DNA of 63,046 nucleotides, filler included, from Piptocephalis cylindrospora (Eukaryota): the NCBI GenBank assembly GCA_003614145.1. It is 4 parts of 4 records of this genome, joined end to end, with 100 filler letters (N's around TTAATTAATTAA, not from the genome) between each part and the next. Parts side by side here need not be neighbours in the genome. Positions count along the whole stretch, not along the records: positions 47,403 to 63,046 come from KZ987888.1; 3 more parts are not named here. The stretch is one strand, 5' to 3'. The notes beneath the pieces are model-generated. The model worked only from the letters and a program-made list of their open reading frames with translations, was not told where the DNA came from and made no database searches. Numbering within the stretch: position 1 is the first letter of the stretch; each line of letters starts with the position of its first letter. Below are positions 51,538 through 63,046 of the stretch, in pieces. The translations under genes and the position numbers were made by a program.

Positions 51538-53336
51538 CTACCATGTAGCCGGGTCATCTGTCTCAGCAGTTCGGGGAAGAGGCTGGCCTATGTGAAGATG
51601 GATAGGGCCAGGGTCCAGTCGGGGCGTCTTTCTTCTTCCAGTATTCCCTGATGAGCCATCCTTACTTCCATTGTACAGAACAGAGCCATCCTCCCGGCTC
51701 GAAAGGGAACTTGCCGCACCCTTACCGGACCGTCGGGTATGGGGCCTAGTGGATGGAGACCCTTCCTCCGAGCTCTGAGGGGGACATGACCTTGACTTTT
51801 TTGCTGAAGGAGAGAAGGATTGAGCCCACACCTCCATCTCATAATCCCATTTCCATTTCAGTGGATCTCTCTGGACTCCTTCAACCTCTATGGCCCGGGC
51901 TTCTTGGAGAAGGACATTTCGAATTTCTTGATCCTCTGTGGCTTTGATCTGGGTTTCGAATGCCTTGGCTTCGAGGAGAAGTACAGCCAACTCCCAGCAT
52001 CCAAATTCCCGGGCCAGGCGATGAGCAACGGATATGGCCTCCTCTCCCCGTAGAAACAGCACGATTAGGCTCATGTCTGAGCGGGGATTTCCCCGGCGGA
52101 GAATGTTCTGGAAACATTGGACCAACTCTGGATCCATAGGATGACGAAGGTGATGAAGAAGAAGGCAAGCTAGAGTAATGCCCGCATTGGAGCTGTCCCC
52201 AACAGGCATAATGGAAAATGGGCGAGGAGAAAAGACTGATTCGTTGGTCTGGATCATAAATTTCTTTAGACATTGGATTAGCTCAACAAGACCCGGAACA
52301 GGCCTAGGAATCTCGGGAAGCCGTTTGGCCAGGAGCTGTAAGATAACGTACTGATGGCTAGGAATGGCCAAGGACAGGGCCCGGGTAAAAATACTAATAG
52401 TATCAGCAGGCCAGGGGGTTTTGAGAAGATGGTTGGTAAGCCAATGGAGACATACTCTGGATGGGGTCAAGTGATGATGAAGCGCTTGGTGGAGTTGAAC
52501 ACCGCAAGGATCACATCGGGCAGCAAGGGATTTAAGCCGCCTGGCGTCTGCATCATGGATGGGAAATTGAAGATTGACCAGCGGGGACAGGAGATGGCTG
52601 GCCTCCCATGGCGCCACACGACTAAGAGATTCTATGACATCGTACAGGATGGTATGAGAGGGAAGGCGGAAGCCGCACAAAAACATCATATGAATCAGGC
52701 AGACCCATCTATCGACTAGGAAATAAGTAAAGAAAAAGGGAAGGGCAAGGAAGAAACAATACCTCACCTTCTCCAGTGAGGCGGGACCCAGGCATAATAG
52801 GTTGGGTGTGCATCTCGTGGCACGGAATACACTTTGATAGCTTCTGGACGCCTTACTCCTGTTCTTAAGACACGATCTACCTCGCCTTGGGCCATGCATC
52901 GACCTAGAACCAGAGCCGCCCGTTCGGCCAAGGAGGGCCGGACAGATGGGTGTGGCCGACTGCTTTGATCCAGCCCCAACGTACTCCCCAATCCCCAAAG
53001 ACATAAGCATAACCCACTGACGCTTTCCTTTAGCTGAGCAGGGAGAGTGCGCTTGTCAGGAACATGCAAACGTTTACGCCCACGTTTGCTACCACGATCA
53101 TACGTCCAAACGGCTTCGATACGCTTATCAGAGTAGGATGGGTCCCTAGGTCGCGCCGGCGCACTAGATGTATCAGAGACATCCCTCTCCGAACTAGAGA
53201 GCATGGTGGGCGAGACAGCCAAGGCAGCCTCCAGAGAGCTTAATTTTGCACGCAAGGGCCGTTGCACCCTGGGGATCCGTTCTGCCTCAAGTACCTCATG
53301 AATGGGATGGTCAGATGGGTAGAGAGACCAGGGCAT
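51538..53336 (-). CDS. Hypothetical protein; 2 exons (intron about 52767-52710), helical core and disordered tail
   Basis: Overlapping ORFs 52764-53336 and 51538-53010 join through a GTGAGG...TAG intron (…WVPPHWRR|WVCLIH…). No family recognised with confidence. Confidence 0.65.
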
Positions 53337-55107
53337 TCGGAGAGGGGATAAGCAAGGGCGGCTGAGCGATGAATGATGAGCAAGGAGAATAAGAGTTAAT
53401 AGAAAGAGGGATGGCAGGCGTTGTTGTCATGACAACTCTCCCTGGCGGAAGTAAATACGGATGTGGTGTACAGCATATGAACGGTAGTACATATTTTGCA
53501 TGTATACGTATAGCAAGGTTTTGACAAGTGCGTACTACAGTAAGTAGTAAGACTCTAGCAGCAGGGTGATCAAACATTGGTTCAATAGTGAAATACAATT
53601 TATTACTAATAGCAAGCGTCAAAGTGAAAAGAATATATGCGGCATACCTATAACTCTACTTGGGAAGTTATCAAATGGAGCCTCAAACAGCAACACTGGT
53701 GGTTAATATAGCATACGAGACACGTCAACCTCTTCTTGCTATGCTTCTCTCGAAAGAAAAAGCATGACAGGAAGAGGCAGGGTGAGAAGGCCAGGAGAGG
53801 GCGTAAGACACCTCACCTGGTTCACCTCGTTGCAGAGTAAGAGCCGGCATTGACAAAAGGTAACATAAATCAATAAACAGCTACAGCATGGTAGAGGATC
53901 AAGCGAAAGAGGAATAATCTATTTATGAGGAGTAAGAGGGATGAGAGATGAGGGATGAGGGAAGAAGAATGAAGAGAAAGTGGGCTGGTGAGGTTGCGGA
54001 GGCGGGGCACCAATGCCCTTTTATAATCGTGTCTTTTCGCGTCTGCTCACTACCACACCTAAGGGGCCAGAATGGCTGGGGGTAGTGGTGAGGAGGGAGA
54101 AAAAAAAATACAAGGCAAAATACACCCCTGCTAAACCATCCTAAACCAGTCGCAATATGCCACATTTTACCTATCCTCTTCTAGTAGTAGTAAACAGCGA
54201 AACCAGCCTTCCTCTTCTGAAAGGAGTAATGTATTGTCAAAAATAACCACACATCACCGTAAAATGGTAAAAAGTAAAGAAAAACACCCAAAAACCACAC
54301 TCGGGTATCCGAGAGGATCCAAGCCAGGCGCTGACCTGGTCTTAGTATTCACTGGATCAGTAGCGCCCATCGAGACCGGAACGGGTCCGCCTTCCTCTTC
54401 TAACCCCACATGCTCATCCGAAAACATGACTTTTTGTACATTTTTTTACCACAAAATCGACTAGTATTACTGGATAATGCAAAGTTTTAAGTCAGTGGGG
54501 CCTTTGAATCTACAAAACACCTACAGACTTCAATCCGCAGCCCAACGGGTAAATCCAAGGGTTGACCCAAAGTATGGGGCTGATGCCTTTTTGTCTCTTG
54601 TCCAGCACTGGCCCAGACCAGCCAAATCCTCCTTACTCAATGTTGTTGACACCGCTGCGTTAATAGGGCTTGCCCCAAGAGCGTCAACGGAGGTAATCCA
54701 AGTGGGGTAGCGGAGCTTGAAATACAAGCACTTCAAAAATACCTCCTCATCCTAAACCCCATTGTTGATGGCGGTTGGGAGATAAAGCGGGTCAGAGCCA
54801 TCGCTTGTCAAGCTCCAGTCACTTCCTCTCTCTTCCCACTCCTTCCTTCTCGTCCATCTCCCTTCCCGTCCTCCAGTCCTATCTAACGCCCCGTCGCCAT
54901 CACCCATCCTTCAGTCGTCCCCCAACTCGCCTCCTTCACCAAGTGCGAGAGCCCGACGCTTACCCCCGATCTCGCCCTTCCCTTGACGTCCATTTTCTTT
55001 AATCATCCTTCATCTCCTTGGATCATTCCTACGCTTTCCCGAGCTTTCACGCTCATCGCTCCACCCTTTCCCATTCCCCTACCATCCCAAATCCATCTAT
55101 CCCTATC

Positions 55108-57127
55108 ATGACTCGCTCTGCCCATATCCTCCTCGCCATAGGATCCACCATCTTGCCCCTTCTGGCTTCGGCCACTCCTTCGGCCAATCCCATTGCTTAT
55201 CCTATACCCGTACCAGCGCCAGATCCACGACCCAATCCCAAAGAGACTTCCATGGGCGTATGGATCCAGCGACTGTTTCATCCCTTTGAGGACGCTTCTT
55301 TGCCTGCCAGCCATGGCATCCAAGCTACTTCCCCTGGCCGAGATATTGCCTCCAATATATACATGGAAAGGTCAAGAAACTACACTCAGTATGTCCTCTG
55401 TCATCCTTTTCTTTTTTACCCTCTCATCCCTTTCCCCTCACTCCTCTTTACCCCAATGTAGATGGGCCGCGGCAAGCTATTGTCACGTCGAGGTCGGAAA
55501 GTGGGATTGTGGTCCGGCGTGTGGTGGATCTTCGATAGGGACCATCCCCACTCTGGTGTTTAATCGAGATGCGGCCATTGGATTTGTCGCATATCATGAA
55601 CAACAGGAGCGGATCATCGTGTCATTCAGGGGGACCTATTCGCCCCGTCAGGCATTAACTGATCTTAAGATGCACCAGACACCCTTTCCCCCGGCTTTGG
55701 CTCAAAAGGGCAAGGTTCACTCTGGATTCTACCTCAACTACGAGCTTGTTCGAGAAGACATTCTCCGAGAGGTAGCGTCCTTACGTCTTCGCTTTCCCCA
55801 TTATCGGATACTTGTTATAGGGCACTCCCTGGGAGGGGCATTGGCCGCCCTGATGGCCACGGCCCTTTACGAGCAGGACCCTGAGGCCATTATCTATACA
55901 TTCTCCTATGGAGCCCCTCGTTTGGGGAATGTGGGCTTGGCCAAGTATATTGACTCCTTGCCAATCCATCTGGTGAATATGGTATACGGGCATGATTTTG
56001 CCCCACACGTCCCGACCCTAGGTCTGGGGTATGTACATGCCGGCCGAGAGCTCTGGGTTCACAATGGCACTGATGGAAGTGTGATTAACCGTTGGTGTGG
56101 GTACGGTGTGGCCGGGGAGGATCCCGAGTGCAGCATGAGTTTAAGCCAGGAAACGTGGACCGTCGAGGCTCATAGTGGCTACTGGATTGGGAATGTCACA
56201 TGCAAGGCTACGGAGAAAAAGACCTCCCGAATTTCCTCCTCCTCCTCCACTTCAACCGAGGCCTCCAAGGGTAAGACCAGCCGGTTTTTTGGATGGATCA
56301 AAGAAAAATTGAGCATTGGAAAGCCCGAGAGCAAGGCTGAGGATGAATCGTCCGATGTTGAGGAGGATGGGGGTCCAGCTCCGGCAAGTAAGGAGGAGAA
56401 ACGTAAGACTAAGTTGGCTATCAAACAAATCAAGGATGGGATGCGCCTACGGGAACTGGAGATCCAGAGTCAATGGGCCTACAAGCCCCGTCTGGAGTCC
56501 TTCCCCATGGACACCGCCCCTTATACCATTCCCCCCGCATCCCATACCAACTCCCATGCCATGGATATCGAGGAGGAATGTATAACTGCCGGTCTATCCT
56601 CCACCTCTCCTGCCATTCCCAGATCCAATGCCATAGATGATTCTATGGAAGAGAATCGCGGTGAGGAGGACAAGAGCCCTTTTAATGTGCCCTCAAAGGA
56701 GAATAGTACGATGACCATGAATTCGCTCGAAACAAATAGTACCTTCATCGTCGATATCCCCAAAGGAAATGGTACCACCATTGTCGCTACACCCAAGGGG
56801 AATGATACCTCCATCGCCAATCCACCCGAGAAAAACAGTATCTCCATCGTAGGTACCTCCAAGGGAAATGATACGGCCGTCGTAGTCGTAGTCAAGAAAA
56901 ATAAAGCGATGCAGGGCGCAGAAAGGGCCATATTTTCCAGGGCGCAAGGCCAAAATTTTGCGGCCTCGCCCCTGCCCCAGGATGAACTCCCCAAGCTCTG
57001 TGCCCATCCACCTTGTCCTCGAAGACCATCCATGCACCTCTCCCAATCAAAAAGATCAAGGGGGTCAAGAAAGAAGTATGAGGAGGAAGAGGAGGAGGAG
57101 GAGGAGGAAGAGGAAGATGATGTTTAG
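55108..57127 (+). CDS. Secreted class-3 lipase with long low-complexity C-terminal extension; intron about 55390-55461
   Basis: Signal peptide MTRSAHILLAIGSTILPLLASA; WAAASYC, IIVSFRGT, GKVHSGF, nucleophile elbow GHSLGGA, YGAPRLGN, HDFAPHVP, candidate catalytic His in EAHSGY. Confidence 0.92.
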
Positions 57128-58585
57128 TTGCAGGATATGGTGTGTGTAGACATCCACGATTCCTCTCAATCTCGCAGCATTCATGTTGCAGATACAGGAG
57201 GGATGACATGCCTCCTTTCATCCTATTTCGCGACTGGTCCTCACTCAAAGGCAGAGAGTTCGCTCTCCATGCCCCGTTTTCCCTACATAATGACATAATG
57301 ACATTTTACTTTTTACTTTCGTTTATTTCCTGCAAGTATCTTTTTGTGATCACGACAATGCATCCACCCTCTTGCTACATCAACCAGCCAGGCTATTTGT
57401 TAAGGAACTACTCAAAAGATCCATGAAAGTCATGCTAGGATGAAGCGTATGTACAAGTCACAGTGGAATAGTTTTATGTTCTTTCATACTGTAAGAAGAA
57501 AGAGTAGATTAGCAACCTAGAAAGAACACGATTCAGTCTCAGTACAGCACCAACCATTCTTTTTTAAAAATACCTTAAATGCATAATTTTTCGGGCCGTC
57601 TAATTTGACCGGAACAGTCTATAGTACTATTCCTTTTTTGTTTATCCAAGCGGCGTTGAGAACAGACCATCTTCTCCGCTACAAGCTATTACAGTGTATG
57701 ATAGGCTTAGTATATACCACTTTGCATTACTAAGGCCCAAGAGGGGAAGTCACTTCCCACCAATAAAAATCATATTCCCAGGACAAACCTTCCAACACAG
57801 TATTCCCATGCAGGACGGACTTGTGGAATTAGAGAGAAGAGTGACCATTCTCATTTGGTATGGGCTGCTCGCGCATCTCTCTCCTCAAGGAGGAAAATGC
57901 ACATACAATGCTCAGACCATGCCACACACATACTTTTCTGCACTCCCACATCGTTCATCCAATCGGAGATTAAGAATACTTCTCTAATCCAATAAAAATA
58001 GTCAGAGCAAGGTGAAAAATCATGCACACATTACTAGGGCGAAGCCTTGCCACATCGGTCATGGCAAAGGGAGGATTTACTGGGCACTGAGTTTGAATTG
58101 AAAGATGGCGGTCCCATAGAGAGATTCCGAATGGAGAAGGTCAGCATAAGACAACTTCCTTGCACCTCCCCCCCTTTTCCTTTACCTTGCATATCCCTTG
58201 CTACATTTTGCCTTCCCATTCAATGACCGCCTATGCCCTACCAAGAGAAAAGCATTGAAGGAGCCAGATCACTGTCCGTCTCTTCCCAGGACGCATGATT
58301 CACCGGGTTAAGGACTAGTCATTGGCCCCTTGTCCCTTGTCCCTGAGGATGAATGCTATCTCTTGCACATTTGAAGCACCTCTAATGGTGCTTAAAAGTG
58401 TACATTTGGAAAAGAGAAGAAAATGGAGAAAAATGTGTATAAAAGGAGAGCTCATCATCCGCCCTTGCACCGATCCATCCTCTTCTCCCTTACCTATCCA
58501 AACCCACCCTTTCCCTACTATTACTACTACTACTATCACCCCCTCCTATACACACCTACCCTCCTCCTATCCCCTTATATACAAC

Positions 58586-58978
58586 ATGCAGAACTTCGCC
58601 ACCGTCGCCACCCTCCTCTCCGCCATCGCCTCCGGTGCCATGGCCTCCCCCGCCCCCTTTGGAGGTGACGGGACTTTCTACTCCCCCGGCAATGATGCCT
58701 GCTCCAAGGCTGGTCACTCTTCCTCCTCCTCCGACCTCATCGCTGCCCTGAACGTTGAGCAGTTCGGCGGTCACTACAACGGTGACACCGACAAGAGCCA
58801 GTCCTGCTACAAGTGCGCCCAGGTCAAGGGCCCCAAGGGCTCCGTCAAGGTTCAGATCGTCGATCTTTGCCCCGAGTGCAAGCACGGAGATCTTGATCTC
58901 TCCCCCGCTGCCTTCAAGACCATCGCCGACCCCGTTGACGGACGTGTCCCCATCTCCTGGACCTGGACCTCTTGTTAA
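58586..58978 (+). CDS. Secreted RlpA-like DPBB (expansin-like/loosenin) protein, 130 aa
   Basis: Signal peptide; GDGTFYSPGNDAC, IAALN, C..C..V.GPKGSVKVQIVDLCPECKHGDLDLSPAAF, GRVPISW; strongly C-ending codon usage. Confidence 0.93.
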   Translation: MQNFATVATLLSAIASGAMASPAPFGGDGTFYSPGNDACSKAGHSSSSSDLIAALNVEQFGGHYNGDTDKSQSCYKCAQVKGPKGSVKVQIVDLCPECKHGDLDLSPAAFKTIADPVDGRVPISWTWTSC

Positions 58979-59613
58979 TTTACCCCCCTTCACCTCGTCC
59001 CCACCACCACCCTCTACTTCTTCCCCCTTACGAAAGGCAGGGATGAGTAGGTAAGGTGTGTGCATGTGTTCGTGTACCTCAAGGATCCATCGTGTGGGTG
59101 GCCACCCCCTTTCCCCCCATGGAGTGTGTATCAGCCTGGTGCTTTTACCTCTTCATGCATGGTGGTGTTTGGGTGTCATCCCCCACACATAATAGAACCT
59201 TATTTCTCTATAACGCTTTATTGTCTCTGTATCTCATTATATCTGAGAAAGCCAAATATTGGCGCTCTATACAGGGCATGTCGTCATTACGGTATATGAC
59301 CCATATATTTCACCATTTTGGCGGAGGCAATTGGGCCCTTAATTAGCACCACACACTAGTCATTATGCGCGCCTTTGCTTATATATTGATGCAAGGTGTG
59401 ACACTAGCGTATGCCCGTGTGTACAGATTACGTTAATACTAGTAGTAAAATATATGGTGAGAGGATATCGTCCCCCACTCTGTTTGCACCACCGATATAG
59501 ATGCAGTTTACGCTTTAAAGACACAGGGCTTAAGGTTCAAAGCAGTTAATTAACTAATGTAGTATGTATTTAAAAGGACAAGGGAGTTTTTGTCATTCTT
59601 TCTCCACGACGCT

Positions 59614-60732
59614 CTATCCAGCTGGGTCTAGTGCTGATTTTTTGATCATTCTCGGCTCAATTCGTCTTCGACCTCTTCTTCTCCTAGCCCCGCCCTGAGA
59701 AGATACATATACCATGACTTGATCGGCCACAATGATGGCGGGATCTGCCGCTGGGGATAAGGGCTGTGGCCCTATGTTCCTTCCTCCTTCCTCCCGGGGG
59801 GGTGACTCATCCAACTGTACCTGTCCTTGAATCATGACGATCCTCCCAATGTCAAGTTCGTCCGCATTGGCCATACCACTGGGCTTGGCTAGTACATGAT
59901 GCACTTGTTTCCCGGCGTCTATATATGGTGATGAGATTGGGAACAACATGAGTGATTAAAAGCCTCACGTCTTTTGACCCATCCAATTGCCTTATACCTT
60001 GCACTCCAGCATATCACTTACGCAATGTGTCAGTCCGAATGTGTAAACGATAAAACCTTTCCCTGGACATTACTTCCAGATAAACCACTTGGCCAACCAA
60101 GGTAACGGATTGGGCCGAGGGAGAGCCCAGAGCTCCCAAAGGACTTCTGGTAGAGGAGGGTGAAGGGTTGGAGGATGTAGGTTCACGAAGAAGGGTAAAT
60201 CTAGCGGATAGTACGATGGGTACTTGTGGAGCATCGAGTGATCGACCTGATCCCCAGCTGTTGTCCCAGGACATCTCCCCAGTCAACATGATCATGGATC
60301 CAGGGGAAGGGATTTGGCCAACATCATCCATTTTAAGTGAACTTTTAACCGGGAGGACAGTGTAGATAACGGGTGGACCCATGTCGCGTCCAGAGGGGGA
60401 AGAAGGATTTCGAGTCGTGGGACCGCATGTCACCCGATATGTACTTTGGAGGGAAGAGTGACGTTCAGAGGCCAGGTCGGCCTTGGTCAAGGAAGGCCTC
60501 GAATCCTCAGGGAGGACCTCCCCAATGACCAAGGCTTGGTTCAGCCATGCGGGAGCCCGTTGTATGACTAGCCGCGGGGGATGATGGGTCAGGCACAAAA
60601 GAAAAAGCTGCAAGAATTCAGCCTACCTCGAGTGTGCTTCCGCTGTATACATCCCCTGGTCCACAGGGAAGATGAACAGGAGCTCCAGAGAGCAGAGGAG
60701 GGGGAAGGCAACCATCTCCCGAGCCTAAACAT
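59614..60732 (-). CDS. Putative mitochondrial protein with two tandem SSB-like OB folds (paralogue A); 3 exons
   Basis: Presequence MFRLGRWLPSPSSALW...RKHTR|; OB1 LNQALVIGEV...PGSMIMLTGEM; OB2 SAQSVTLVGQV...HHV...LDIGRIVMIQGQV...AIIVADQV. Confidence 0.65.
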
Positions 60733-61204
60733 GAGGAATACGAATGTAGGCTGGAATGGGAGGGCAGTGGGCCCAAAGAAGCACGGGTAGCGATAGACAA
60801 TACGGGTAAGCTGTTGTCGTGAGTTTGCCACGCAGAAACGTGTTAGTTTGGGTCTAAAGTAAAAACACTTGGTCTGTCGTCACTAATCTGGTGCTGGTCG
60901 TGGGACGAAAAAGAGGCCGTTCAGAATCGGACAAGGATGGGGAAGCAAGGTGTACAGGGGAGAAGAGGATGATTGAAAGGGGAAAAGTCGCGGAGTGACA
61001 GTGACTAGGAAAATCAATACTAAAGGCATCCTAAAAACATCGTTTTATACGGCTTTTAGGATGGTAACGGAGACTCTTGCAATCAATCGTTTCATTGCAT
61101 AATGGGATACCGATGGAACATGACAGGTTTGTCTATTTTACATGGAACTTTTCCACTTTTATGCTTTAAACACAATGTTCCCTGCCCAACCTCTCATTCA
61201 AGAC

Positions 61205-62488
61205 TCAAGGATCCTTGGCACGAATAATGATCTTGACAGATTGAGCTACAATGCGGACAATGTACCGTTGGTACCCATCCTCGTCCTCCAAGGTCTTGAC
61301 TGTGGCTCTCCCTACCGCATGCACTCGATCTCTGGAGAGAAAAGGGTATATCTGTGTGAGAAACGAGTGAACCAATCTTCTTTCGATGGAAGTGCCATCC
61401 TTACTTACCCAGGACGGAACGGTGGTGGTGGTCTTCTCATGGAAGGGCCAAATTCACCACCTGCCAACTGAAGTATCTGATGTTCCTCTGATCCACAAGC
61501 TATCGCCCAAGAAAGGATAAGAATGATCAGATCACTCAATAGTATAGAAACCCACACTACACTCTCAAGTCGCCTTACTTGTCTCGGTTAGCACAGTGGA
61601 AAGATACATGGGATCTGGGGAATGAATAAGCCTAGGGGGATGAAGGACTCGTCCAATGAGGGTCATACTCTGCGCTGATCCCACCACATCCCTTCCCATC
61701 ATTCGACCATTGTAATCGACCAAGGAGGAGGAGAAGAGGGGGACAATTTGATCTAGGATACGTGGCATGGCGTAATGAGAAACGAGTCTTCCATGACTTA
61801 AAGGAGCCAGCTTCACCTACCAGCTTCTACATAGGCGGTAAAGGATGTGGAATAAAATGTATCATAGGGTTGAGAGTATCTCAGTGTTCCTTTGACCATG
61901 ATAAACGATCTAGAGAGCAGCAAAGCACGTAGCTGGTTAGTTGGATGGCAAAGGAGCACGAAGCACCCATTTCTCTCTTTACCCAAGTCGAATAGTCTCA
62001 ATCGCCCTAGTTGTCTCGGTTGGGCCCTTAATCAATACGCGGACCTTGAGCCACTCTCTATGGTGATTGCCATCTGCAGTGTATCCCGGACAAGGATGAG
62101 TGGATGATCTTGACACGTATCAAACCCATCGTTATCATTAGCGCCATCAAGACTTACCTTTCGAGGGAAAAGTCCCCCCAACGTAGAGTTGAAGTGAGGC
62201 TGAGTCAAAGTTCTGGGTCTGGGTAAGCGTGAGTGGCGATACTACCTGGCCTACGGCAATCCACGAATTCAGGTCCAAGCCCTGAGTCTGACCATTCACA
62301 GGGGTAGAGGGATCCTTGAGTCCCCCCGAGGAACTACCTGTCTGTTGGAGGTTTCTCAATGCCCGCACCGTTGCTGGGGCCTTGGCTCCCATCGCGCCGA
62401 TCCACCTGGATATTGGGACTATGCATCCTCTGGGCATCCAGTGTATCCTTGAGGTCAACCGTCCCCGGAGAAGACCTATTCTTAGCAT
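61205..62488 (-). CDS. Putative mitochondrial protein with two tandem SSB-like OB folds (paralogue B); about 6 exons
   Basis: Presequence MLRIGLLRGRLTSRIHW; OB1 LNSWIAVGQV...HREWLKVRV...IETIRLGSFIMVKGTLRY...AYVEADQI; OB2 SAQSMTLIGRVLHPPRL...FRPGDRVHAVGRATVKTLEDEDGYQRYIVRIVAQSV. Confidence 0.75.
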
Positions 62489-63046
62489 AGCCTTGGACTA
62501 GCAGCGCACGGGAAATGTCAAGGTGCTGTGTCTGTGGGGGAAGAGACGCGACTTGGACGAGGAGCAGAGGGAGACATTTGGGTGGGGGCCGGGGGAGGGG
62601 ACCATCAAAATATCGTTTTCATATACCTTTAGTAGCAGCCCACGGTCATCTGGAGCACGCATCAGGTTCTGGTCCGCTAAACTCATCCCCAATTTTGATT
62701 CAATTTGATACCGTTTTTAAATATCGTCTGGTCCAATCACCATCATTGCGATGGCCGCCCTATAGGTGTGGGGAGGTAATTACTACTTCCCCGCCTGCGG
62801 ATACACGCACATTGTTATTCAATGCCTCCACTCACCCCGCCACAGCGCCAAAGCGGCCCACACCAAACTCTTAGTGCGGGCCCACACACATCCTATACAG
62901 CACCTCTCAAACAAATCCCACTCACTCTTCAGCGTCCCCCCCCCCTCCCCTTGTTCCCCTTCCCTGGAAACTTGCTCCCATAAGCTTCCCTGCCCTTTCC
63001 TTCCTCTCCCCTTCTCTCTTTCTTTCCCTCTTCATCCTTCACCGCT

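Overview
Eukaryotic, intron-rich fungal DNA with short GT-AG introns and dense genes. The style suggests an early-diverging fungus, possibly a Zoopagomycota mycoparasite such as Piptocephalis, but this is inference only. The window is not one locus: it is four contigs (1-15743, 15844-31556, 31657-47302, 47403-63046) joined by artificial N44-TTAATTAATTAA-N44 spacers. Recognisable genes are xanthine dehydrogenase (partial), SAR1, VPS39, MTO1, U1A/U2B'', SMP3, condensin YCS4/Cnd1, CKS1, a myosin light chain, ESS2, RPP1, PEX1, TIM13, UBP6 (split by an inversion), SCJ1, a class-3 lipase and a secreted DPBB/expansin-like protein. The most interesting signal is a pair of adjacent, divergent paralogues (59614-62488, minus strand). 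After manual splicing, each encodes a mitochondrial-type presequence followed by TWO tandem SSB-like OB folds, unlike the single-OB fungal mtSSB Rim1. Also notable are a candidate HAUS8/QWRF augmin-like gene, a Caprin-like RGG protein, a probable DNA-transposon end, and MCB boxes upstream of cell-cycle genes. Exon boundaries were read by eye and multi-exon CDS are given as overall spans.
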